Part shown: in pieces, positions 25,813-33,872 of the stretch
How positions within the stretch are numbered: the first letter of the stretch is position 1
Layout of the letters: every line of letters starts with the position of its first letter
Origin: an uncultured Caldilineaceae bacterium
GTDB lineage: Bacteria > Chloroflexota > Anaerolineae > 4572-78 > J111
Direction: 5' to 3'
Assembly (NCBI GenBank): GCA_964612485.1
Contig: CAZTFF010000018.1
Span: forward strand, 12,598 to 76,597
DNA length: 64,000 nucleotides
Program-made: the position numbers and the translations under genes
The notes under the pieces: model-generated
Told to the model about the DNA's origin: nothing
What the model saw: the letters and a program-made list of their open reading frames with translations, nothing else
The model's database searches: none

Positions 25813-26844
25813 TTATGGCGCCCAGGCGATGGTCTCCTCCAGCCAGCCCCAGGAGTTGGCCCGGTCTAGCTGAACTTGCCCATCTACCGGGCCGCCCAAC
25901 TCAAAAAGTTGTCGCTGGTTGCTGCCGTCGGGATTCATGGCCCACATCGCCCACGCCCCGACCCGGTCGGAAACAAAGGCAATCGTCCGGCCATCGGGCG
26001 ACCATACCGGCAGGCCGTCTCGCCTGGCGTCGTCGGTGAGCCGGCGGGCGTCGGAACCGTCGATATTGACGCGCCAAACGTCCCAGTTGCCGTCAACCTC
26101 CGACATATAGGCCACGGTTTGTTCATCCGGGGAGACAGCCGGGTTGGTGTCGCTCAAGTTGCTGGTAAGCTGCCGGGGATTGCTGCCGTCGAGATTGCTG
26201 AAAAACAACCCGCAGTCAATACCGATGCACGATTTATAGACAAAACTCTGCCCGTCGGGGGTCCAGGCCGGCGCTTCGCCCTGGATGGGGTTGGCCTCGC
26301 GGCGCAGCACGTCGTATTCCGTCCCTTCGGTTTTATAGATGGCGTATTTTTCGCCCGCTTCTTTGGAGTGGAACAGAAACGACATATCATCGGGCGCAAA
26401 CCTGGGCCGGCCCGCTTCAAAGTGCGTATTTATAGTCCAGCCGGGGCTGCCGTCAACGCCTTGTTCGATCAACCCGCGCTTATCGCCCTGCCAGGAGCGA
26501 TAAACAATGCGCGTGCCGTCGGAATTGAGATCGGGCTGGCTGGCTTCCGCGGCCACCATCTGGCGGTCGCTGCCATCAAAATTGGCGATGTAAAGGTTGT
26601 AGGTGCCGGCGGTTTCATCGTGCACCGGAAAAGCAAACTGCCCGCTCAGCGATGGTGCTTGCGCTGCCGGCGCTTCCGCTTCCGGCGTGGGAGTGTTGGT
26701 GGGCGCCGGGGTGGGGGTGTCGGCTTTTTCTTCGACCGGTTCCGGCGTGGGGGTAGCGGGGGGTTCCGTAGCCGAACTACAACCCACCAAAATTCCCGCA
26801 GCCAGAACGGTCAGAATCAGCAAAACAATAAATTCTTTCTTCAT
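25813..26844 (-). CDS. Lipoprotein with PD40/TolB-like beta-propeller repeats
   Basis: I prefer the MKKEFIVLLILTVLAAGILVGCSS lipobox start at 26844 over 26904. A Pro/Thr-rich linker follows, then repeated SPDG/TPDG..IVY.S......DIW motifs (WSPDGRTIAFVSDR, SPDEQTVAYMSEVDGNWDVWRVNIDGS). Confidence 0.85.
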   Translation of the reverse strand: MKKEFIVLLILTVLAAGILVGCSSATEPPATPTPEPVEEKADTPTPAPTNTPTPEAEAPAAQAPSLSGQFAFPVHDETAGTYNLYIANFDGSDRQMVAAEASQPDLNSDGTRIVYRSWQGDKRGLIEQGVDGSPGWTINTHFEAGRPRFAPDDMSFLFHSKEAGEKYAIYKTEGTEYDVLRREANPIQGEAPAWTPDGQSFVYKSCIGIDCGLFFSNLDGSNPRQLTSNLSDTNPAVSPDEQTVAYMSEVDGNWDVWRVNIDGSDARRLTDDARRDGLPVWSPDGRTIAFVSDRVGAWAMWAMNPDGSNQRQLFELGGPVDGQVQLDRANSWGWLEETIAWAP

Positions 26845-27098
26845 AATATTCCCTTCCTTCCGAACGTCTAAATGTTTATAAATAACGATTATTTCTGTTG
26901 ACAATGCTGCCCAACATTGCCGTTAACTACCGGCTTTGTGTCATAACCCGGCCCAACGATTTCACTATAGCACAAATTGTTAAGGAAGCCGGTTACAAAT
27001 CAGTTACAATTGCGATGGCGCGGAAATGCTTGCTCCTCACTGAAAAGTCTGGTAATATCGGATGATTAAACACGTAGAAGGGTTACAGTAACGATTTT

Positions 27099-27551
27099 AT
27101 GGCTAATACACAGTATCCTGATGCGCCCCGCGTGGCTGTGGGGGGCGTTGTTTTGTATCAAAATAAGGTGTTGTTGGTGCTGCGGGGACAGCCGCCGTCG
27201 GAAGGCAAATGGGCTATTCCCGGTGGCAGCGTGAATCTGGGCGAAACCTTGCAGGCCGCGGCGGAACGCGAGGTATTTGAAGAAACCGGCCTGCGGGTCA
27301 AAGCCGGCGAGGTAATCTTTGCCTTCGATACGCTGGTGCGCGATGAAGCAGGGCGAGTGAAGTATCATTACGTGATTTTGGATTTACGGGCCGAGCCGCT
27401 TGATGGGAACCAAACCCCGATTCCGGGTGACGACGCCCGCGATGCCGGCTGGTTCAGCCTGGAGGAGATCGCTGCCTTAGATACGCCGGTTACAGAGACC
27501 ACTCAGGCTTTAGTTCAGAAAATTATGGCGGAGATCAATGACCGATCCTAA
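27099..27551 (+). CDS. NUDIX hydrolase
   Basis: Nudix box GGSVNLGETLQAAAEREVFEETGL. Confidence 0.88.
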   Translation: MANTQYPDAPRVAVGGVVLYQNKVLLVLRGQPPSEGKWAIPGGSVNLGETLQAAAEREVFEETGLRVKAGEVIFAFDTLVRDEAGRVKYHYVILDLRAEPLDGNQTPIPGDDARDAGWFSLEEIAALDTPVTETTQALVQKIMAEINDRS

Positions 27552-28203
27552 CCAACCTCTTAAATATCGATTGCGATTGACGTTTGCCAAAAAAGCGCCG
27601 GTTAAATATATTTCTCATCTTGATCTGGCCCTGGCCTGGGAGCGCGCCCTGCGCCGGGCGCAGATACCGCTGGCCTATTCGCAGGGGTTCAATCCCCGGC
27701 CTAAAATGCAATTTGCCTCCGGCCTGCCGCTGGGCACGATGGGGCGGGCGGAAATCGTCGATACCATTGTCATCGAGCCGGTGGCGCCGGATGCCGCGCT
27801 GGCGCAAATTCAAAATGCCTTGCCCGCCGGCATCGAGCTGCGCACCGTAGAAGAGGTGCCGCTTAAAGCGCCGGCTCTGCAAACGCTGGTTCATCAGGCC
27901 GATTATCAAGTTACGGTGGAAACCGATCTCCCGTTTGATACCCTGGCCCAACGGGTTAACGCCCTGCTGGCCGCCGAACAAATCATCCAGACCCGCCGGC
28001 GCAAGAAAAAAATGGAAGACTTTGATTTGCGTTCCCTGCTGTACGGGCTACAGGTGGAATCCGTGGAGAATGGCGAAGCGCGGCTCAAGATGCGGCTGGC
28101 CGCCGGCCAATTTGGTAATTTACGCCCCGCCGATGTGCTCAAAGCCCTTGATCTGGCCGATAATTGGGCGGACATCGAGCGGCTTCGATTGATTTTTGAA
28201 TAG
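27538..28203 (+). CDS. DUF2344 (radical-SAM-linked protein family) without an adjacent radical SAM partner
   Basis: LRLTFAKKAPVKYISHLDLALAWERALRRAQIPLAYSQGFNPRPKMQFASGLPLG matches the conserved N-terminal core of the DUF2344 family. It overlaps the NUDIX gene by 14 nt. Confidence 0.75.
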   Translation: MTDPNQPLKYRLRLTFAKKAPVKYISHLDLALAWERALRRAQIPLAYSQGFNPRPKMQFASGLPLGTMGRAEIVDTIVIEPVAPDAALAQIQNALPAGIELRTVEEVPLKAPALQTLVHQADYQVTVETDLPFDTLAQRVNALLAAEQIIQTRRRKKKMEDFDLRSLLYGLQVESVENGEARLKMRLAAGQFGNLRPADVLKALDLADNWADIERLRLIFE

Positions 28204-28236
28204 GCCCCCAAGCTGCTTCTACTCCGGCGCGCTTCG

Positions 28237-28257
28237 TGGTATACTACCCCTACTATG
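28237..28257 (+). promoter_or_regulatory. Extended -10 promoter TGGTATACT 9 nt before ATG 28255; near-leaderless start
   Basis: TG at 28237-28238, TATACT at 28240-28245, ATG at 28255-28257. The intervening acccctact has no SD. Confidence 0.3.
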
Positions 28258-30918
28258 CACATCATTGTCACCCATCCCAATGCAGATTTTGATGCCATCG
28301 CTTCGCTGCTGGGCGCATCCCGCCTGTACGCCGAGGCGGTTCCGGTGCTGCCCAATACCGTTAATCGCAATGTGCGCGATTTTATTACCCTCTATGAAAA
28401 CCAATTGCCTTTTGTGCGGTTCAATGAGTTGGACCGCTCGCCTATCACGCATTTAACCGTGGTGGATACCCAGCAAATCCCCACCCTCAAACGCATGGCG
28501 TCCGATGTTGAAATTCATATCATCGATCACCACGACGTCCACGGCCCGCTGCCTGCCGGCGCTACGCTCAGCCTGGCCGAAACCGGGGCCACCGCCACCC
28601 TGTTGATCGAACAAATTCGAGAAGCCTCCCTGCCCCTGTCCTCCATCGAGGCCACCCTGCTGCTGCTGGGCATTTACGAGGATACCGGCTCGCTGACTTA
28701 CGCCAACACCAGCCCGCGCGATCTCCAGGCGGCGGCCTGGCTGCTGGCGGAAAAAGGCGCGCGGTTGGACATTATGCGCGAATATCTCAACTACGCCATG
28801 AGCGATGAGCAAAAAACGCTCTACGATCAACTGGTGGAGCGTCTGGAAACGCGCACCATCCACGGCCATACGGTCATCATCGGCATGGCCAGCGTAGAAC
28901 ACTACGTTGAAGAGATCAGCACCCTGGCCCACCGCCTGCGCGACCTGTACCAGCCCGAAGCCTTGTTCATTCTCATCGAAATGTCGGACCACATCCAAAT
29001 GGTGGCTCGCTCCGTAACCGAGGCCATCGATGTGGCCCGTATTGCCGAAAATTTTGATGGCGGCGGCCATCCCCGCGCGGCAGCAGCGCTGGTCAAAGAG
29101 AAATCGCTGCCGGAGCTGCGCCGGGACCTGCTCAACCTGTTGGATCTAGAGGTGCAGCCGGCCACCGTGGTGGCCCAGTTGATGTCGAAAGGGGCGCGAA
29201 CCCTGGCCCCCGGTGATACGGTGCGCCACGCCTCCCAAATGATGAACCGGTACGGCCACGAGGGATTCCCGGTGGTTGATCCAAAAGTTGGCAAAATTGT
29301 GGGCGTTCTCTCGCGCCGGGAGATTGATAAAGCCTGCCGCCACAAGCTGGAAGGCGCCGCCATCTATCAATTTATGAAAAAGGGCGAATTTTTTGTCACC
29401 CCCACCGACAGCGTGGATGTAGTGCAACGCTTGATGACCGAAGAAGGCATCGGCCAGGTTCCCGTAGTCAACCAGCCCGGCGGCGAGATCATCGGCATTG
29501 TCACCCGCACCGATCTGATCAACCTGTGGCAGCTCACCAACGGCGAGGAGCCGCGCCAGCCCGATTTGACTCCGCAGTTGGAAAATGCGCTGTCCAGTTC
29601 GCTGCTTCAACTTTTGCGCGAGGCCGGCGAACTGGCCGTGGGCCAGGGCGACACGCTCTACCTGGTGGGCGGTTTTGTGCGGGATCTATTATTGACCATG
29701 CGGGCTGAAGAACAGGGACACGCCCCCGCCAAAACCAGCCCCAGATTTGATCTGGATTTGGTGGTTGAGGGCGATGCCATTGCCCTGGCCCGGCGCTTGA
29801 GCGCGCGCCACAACGGGCGGGTACACAGCCACGGGCGTTTTGGCACGGCCAAGTGGCTGCTGAAAACTCCGCTGCCGTTTTCGCAAGACTCCGGCGGGCC
29901 GTTGTTGAACTCGCTGGATTTTGTGACCGCCCGCAGCGAGTTTTACCAACATCCGTCAGCGCTGCCGGAGGTGGAGCAGAGCTCTATCCGGCAGGATTTG
30001 CACCGGCGCGATTTCACCATCAATACCCTGGCCCTGCGCCTGACGCCGGAACGCTTTGGCGAGCTGCTGGATTTTTACGGCGGCCAGAATGATCTGGACG
30101 CCCGGCTGATCCGCGTGCTGCACAGCCTCAGTTTTGTAGAAGACCCCACCCGCATGCTGCGGGCGGCCCGGATCATGGCCCGGCTCGATTTTGCTCTGGA
30201 AGAGCGCACGGCTGAACTGCTGAAGAGCGCGCTCGACCTGCTCCGGCGGGTCAGCGGCGAGCGCATCGAGCATGAATTGGACCTGATCTTTCGGGAAGAC
30301 GCGCCGGAAAAGGTGCTGCAAGTGCTGGATCGTTTGGGTATTCTGACGGCCATCCATCCCGGCCTGATGGTTGACTCGTGGCTGGTGGACCGGGTTCAAC
30401 AGTTACGAACCGGTCTTTCCGGCACACCCTGGGCGGAGATGGAGCCGGGCCTGGCCCATTACCTGGCCCTGGTGGTGTTTTGGCTGGCCGGGGATGAGCT
30501 GACCGAATTCATCGAACGGCTCAATTTGCGTTCTGAACAGCGCAAAATTATCCGAGGAACATACCAGATTCGCGCCAAGAAACAGGCCATTATGGAGGCT
30601 AAAAAGGCCAGCGAGTTGTATCGATGGCTGTCATCAACCACAAAAGATTCTCGGATGGTGGCCTGGATCGGCTTGCGGCATGAGGCTGAGGCGGTGTGCC
30701 GCCAACTGGAACGTTTTGAGGTTGAGTTGCGAGACGTCGCTCCCATCATTGATGGCCACTATCTGAAAAGCGAATTCAATCTAAAACCGGATCCCATTTT
30801 TAGAACCATTCTTGATTCGCTGCGCGATGCCCGGCTGGATGGGGACGTTCACACGCTGGATGATGAACGGGCCTTGGTGCGGAAGATTTTGGCGGATCAG
30901 GATTTTGCGCCAGAATGA
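28255..30918 (+). CDS. Fusion protein: DHH/DHHA1 phosphoesterase + CBS pair + poly(A) polymerase/CCA-adding nucleotidyltransferase
   Basis: HPNADFDAIASLLG and IIDHHD (DHH), GGGHPRAAAA (DHHA1), and two CBS modules. These are followed by LVGGFVRDLLL...DLDLVVEGDA (polymerase-beta head of the tRNA nucleotidyltransferase/PAP family) and RDFTINTLA. Confidence 0.88.
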   Translation: MHIIVTHPNADFDAIASLLGASRLYAEAVPVLPNTVNRNVRDFITLYENQLPFVRFNELDRSPITHLTVVDTQQIPTLKRMASDVEIHIIDHHDVHGPLPAGATLSLAETGATATLLIEQIREASLPLSSIEATLLLLGIYEDTGSLTYANTSPRDLQAAAWLLAEKGARLDIMREYLNYAMSDEQKTLYDQLVERLETRTIHGHTVIIGMASVEHYVEEISTLAHRLRDLYQPEALFILIEMSDHIQMVARSVTEAIDVARIAENFDGGGHPRAAAALVKEKSLPELRRDLLNLLDLEVQPATVVAQLMSKGARTLAPGDTVRHASQMMNRYGHEGFPVVDPKVGKIVGVLSRREIDKACRHKLEGAAIYQFMKKGEFFVTPTDSVDVVQRLMTEEGIGQVPVVNQPGGEIIGIVTRTDLINLWQLTNGEEPRQPDLTPQLENALSSSLLQLLREAGELAVGQGDTLYLVGGFVRDLLLTMRAEEQGHAPAKTSPRFDLDLVVEGDAIALARRLSARHNGRVHSHGRFGTAKWLLKTPLPFSQDSGGPLLNSLDFVTARSEFYQHPSALPEVEQSSIRQDLHRRDFTINTLALRLTPERFGELLDFYGGQNDLDARLIRVLHSLSFVEDPTRMLRAARIMARLDFALEERTAELLKSALDLLRRVSGERIEHELDLIFREDAPEKVLQVLDRLGILTAIHPGLMVDSWLVDRVQQLRTGLSGTPWAEMEPGLAHYLALVVFWLAGDELTEFIERLNLRSEQRKIIRGTYQIRAKKQAIMEAKKASELYRWLSSTTKDSRMVAWIGLRHEAEAVCRQLERFEVELRDVAPIIDGHYLKSEFNLKPDPIFRTILDSLRDARLDGDVHTLDDERALVRKILADQDFAPE

Positions 30919-30952
30919 TTGGGGTTAGGATTGAACAATTTCCACATTTAGA

Positions 30953-31018
30953 AAATTGGAGATTAGAGATTTCAGGCTAAAAACCTCCCAATCTCTAATC
31001 TCCTGACAAATTGGAGAT
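30953..31018. repeat. Perfect 14-bp inverted repeat made of the heptamer word GAGATTA, at a convergent junction
   Basis: ggagattagagatt (30958-30971) pairs with aatctctaatctcc (30990-31003), with an 18-nt loop. There is an extra direct copy of aaattggagat at 30953-30963 and 31008-31018. Confidence 0.7.
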
Positions 31019-31037
31019 ATTAACCAATTCTCATTCT

Positions 31038-31883
31038 TTAGCCATACAATTCCTTCTCGCGCGTCACAATCTCGGCCAGGTTGGGGATGCTTTCCAAACC
31101 AGTTCCTTTAACCGACAACGAAGCGCAGGCATTGGCAAACTGGGCAGCCTTGATCATATTCTGGGTTTGGTAGTAGCGGATAAAAAAGGCCGCCGCGAAA
31201 ATATCCCCCGCGCCGGTAGGGTCGGCTTCCTCAATAGGATCCACGGGAACGTGAATGGTATTGCCCTGGTGAAAAATTCGGCATCCCTGTGGCCCCAGCG
31301 TTTCCACGCCCAAACGAACCGAATTTAGATAATGGGCGCACATTTCTTCATCCCCATCCACATCAGCCAGGCTGATCACCAGAATATCAATATGCGATAA
31401 CCACGCCTCCAGATCAGGATGGGGCTGGTAAATAACCGTGTGTTCCTCATCCCGGCCCCGCAGCCAGCCCTGCATGGTTACACAAACCAGGCTATCCGGG
31501 AAGTGGCTGCACATCGCGGGCGACATTTCCTGGGCCATTGGGGCCAAATGGATAATAGGAACCGCGCGCCATTTTGCCGGGAGCGACTCAAAAGATAAGG
31601 GCGTACTGTCCCCAAACCATTTTTGGGTGCGCGCGCCATTTTGATAGATATTTTCAAAGGTTGTACTCTGCTCGGAGGTCAGTTTTTCAATTTCTATCCC
31701 ATTGAGGGGAGCCAGCGAGGGGAGGTCCGGCCCGTAACTGGTAAAAACAGCCGTCTGCGCGCCGAGCTTGCGGGCCGTCAACGAGGCATAGCTGCCGGTT
31801 CCGCCCAGCATCGCGCCGCCGGGAATATTATCTTTGAGAATATGGCCGATGATCAGATAATCGGGTGTTAGTTGATTTGACAT
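31038..31883 (-). CDS. PfkB-family carbohydrate kinase
   Basis: N-terminal GGAMLGGTGSYASL (GG motif) and C-terminal DPTGAGDIFAAAF (the PfkB ATP-binding/anion-hole signature). Confidence 0.85.
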   Translation of the reverse strand: MSNQLTPDYLIIGHILKDNIPGGAMLGGTGSYASLTARKLGAQTAVFTSYGPDLPSLAPLNGIEIEKLTSEQSTTFENIYQNGARTQKWFGDSTPLSFESLPAKWRAVPIIHLAPMAQEMSPAMCSHFPDSLVCVTMQGWLRGRDEEHTVIYQPHPDLEAWLSHIDILVISLADVDGDEEMCAHYLNSVRLGVETLGPQGCRIFHQGNTIHVPVDPIEEADPTGAGDIFAAAFFIRYYQTQNMIKAAQFANACASLSVKGTGLESIPNLAEIVTREKELYG

Positions 31884-31937
31884 GCCCTTACTCTAATTTT
31901 ATAAGATTATTGTTGTGCGTAATTTAGACCTTTGAGA

Positions 31938-32037
31938 ATACCGTCTCAATAATTTGGGGCAGAGTTGGTTGAGCTTGTCGAAACCAACGGTCTTCGACAG
32001 GCTCAGACCTCGTTCCCCCGAAATATTGAGATGATAC
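31938..32037 (-). mobile_element. MITE-like element, copy 2 (100 nt, inverted relative to copy 1) with a 7/8 TSD
   Basis: The reverse complement aligns almost base for base with 20879-20987, apart from a 9-nt gctcaacca duplication in copy 1. It is flanked by CTTTGAGA (31930-31937) and CTTTGAGG (32038-32045). Confidence 0.75.
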
Positions 32038-32139
32038 CTTTGAGGTTTATAAATCGGTTTTGTATGAAAGTTGACTTGGCAAACCAGAAAAATTCTACAA
32101 AAAGTTAATTTAGAAATCTCAAAGGCCTTTGGGCGCCAA

Positions 32140-33096
32140 TTATGCGTAATCTGTTACGAATATTTTTTGGGGCGCGTCGGCGGGAACAATAACATTGAGC
32201 GCCAGGGGCGCAATCTCAATCTCAACCGGCGTAGTGCCAAAGGGTTCCGCATCAACATGAACCGGCAGCGTTTGTTTGGCGGTCAGGCTGAGGCGTGTGG
32301 TTCGGTATAGCAGAAAATCCGGGTCTTTCACGTGTTGTTTGAGCGCAATGCTAATGATGTGCCGGAAGGTTGAGGGCCAGCCATGGCCCGTCATCACCGC
32401 CAGGTCCAGCAAGCCGTCATCCATTTTGGCGTCGGGCGCCAGCCGCCAGACACGCCCGTACAATTGGCCGTTGCTGACCACGGCCATCAGCACCCGTTTT
32501 TTGATGGTTTGGGTATCGATGGTGATGTTGGCCGACGTGCCCATAAATTCGTAAGCCACCATCAGGCCGGATAAGGCCCAGGTGGCGTAATTGAGTTCCC
32601 GCATCTGGGTTGAGGGAGGTTTGACTTGCGTGATGGCGGCGTCCAGGCCGATGCCGCACCACATCAAAAAGTAGCGGCTGTTCCCTTCGGCGGTATGCAC
32701 TTTTCCCAGATCAATCCGGCGGCGGCGGCCGGAGAGGATGACGTCGGCCCCTTTGATGATCGCATCCGGGTTGAGCAGGCTCCAGATGGGAATGCCTAAT
32801 TCGGCGGCGTAGACATTGCCGGTTCCGGCCGGCAGTACTGCCAGCGCGGTGCCGGTATGGTAAGCCAGGCCGTTGCAAACCTCATTGATGGTGCCGTCGC
32901 CCCCCACGGCTACGGCCACATCAAAACCACGGTCGGCTAACTGCCGGGCCAAACGAACGCCATCGCCTTTATTTTGGGTTTTGAGCAATTCAACCGCGCA
33001 GCCTTGTTTTTCCAGGTGATGTATGGCTTTGTGGAGATGTTTTTGGAATCCGGCTGCCGATCCTGAGGCCGGATTTACAATAAAGCCAATTTTCAC
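32140..33096 (-). CDS. Diacylglycerol-kinase-family lipid kinase (YegS/BmrU-like)
   Basis: KIGFIVNPASG, VAVGGDGTINEV, and LPAGTGNV. The GTG start at 33096 directly abuts the stop of the upstream response regulator. Confidence 0.88.
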   Translation of the reverse strand: MKIGFIVNPASGSAAGFQKHLHKAIHHLEKQGCAVELLKTQNKGDGVRLARQLADRGFDVAVAVGGDGTINEVCNGLAYHTGTALAVLPAGTGNVYAAELGIPIWSLLNPDAIIKGADVILSGRRRRIDLGKVHTAEGNSRYFLMWCGIGLDAAITQVKPPSTQMRELNYATWALSGLMVAYEFMGTSANITIDTQTIKKRVLMAVVSNGQLYGRVWRLAPDAKMDDGLLDLAVMTGHGWPSTFRHIISIALKQHVKDPDFLLYRTTRLSLTAKQTLPVHVDAEPFGTTPVEIEIAPLALNVIVPADAPQKIFVTDYA

Positions 33097-33828
33097 CTAC
33101 GTTTCTCCCATTTCTTTGCGACGAAAATCAACAAAGCGATAGCCAATGCCCCGTTCGGTGAGGATGTAACGCGGGCGGCTGGGATCAGGCTCAATTTTTT
33201 GGCGCAAATAGGTGATGTAGAGCCGCACGTACTGGCTCTCGTCCTGGTATTCGTAGCCCCATACTTTAGAAAGAATGACTTCGTGAGTGAGCGTGTAACC
33301 GGCGTTTTGTACCAGATGGTACAGCAAGCGATATTCGGTGGGGCGCAGTTTGATGGGTTTCCCGTCAACATAGACCTGTCGCTGGTTAAAATCAATCTGT
33401 AGATAGTCGTCAATCCGCAGCAGGCCGGATGTATCCCCGCCGCCGGCGTCCATTTCGGTGCGGCGGATCACGGCCTTGATCCGGCTGGCTAACTCGCGGG
33501 GGCTGAAGGGTTTGGTCACGTAGTCGTCGGCGCCCAGTTCCAACCCTTTCACCTTGTCTTCTTCATCATCCCGCACTGTCAGCATGATCACCGGCACGTT
33601 GGAAGTTTCACGGATGATGTGGAGCGCTTCAAAGCCGTCCATTTTGGGCATCATCACATCCAGCAGCACCAGATCGGGCAGGTCTTCCCGCACCCGGTCG
33701 ATGGCTTCCATGCCGTTGCTGCCTTCGATCACCCGGTAGCCTTCCAGTTCCAGGTTCATGCGCATAAAGCGCCGCATGCGGGCCTCGTCATCTACAATGA
33801 GCACAAGTTTGGAGTCTGCTTTAGCCAT
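33097..33828 (-). CDS. OmpR-family response regulator (receiver + winged helix)
   Basis: [12 protein letters not shown]...[13 protein letters not shown]...[13 protein letters not shown], followed by the winged helix [31 protein letters not shown]...RGIGYRF. Confidence 0.92.
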   Translation of the reverse strand: MAKADSKLVLIVDDEARMRRFMRMNLELEGYRVIEGSNGMEAIDRVREDLPDLVLLDVMMPKMDGFEALHIIRETSNVPVIMLTVRDDEEDKVKGLELGADDYVTKPFSPRELASRIKAVIRRTEMDAGGGDTSGLLRIDDYLQIDFNQRQVYVDGKPIKLRPTEYRLLYHLVQNAGYTLTHEVILSKVWGYEYQDESQYVRLYITYLRQKIEPDPSRPRYILTERGIGYRFVDFRRKEMGET

Positions 33829-33872
33829 AGTTTTTTCCTGATAATTTGTAACTCTATTATCTAACGTACTTC

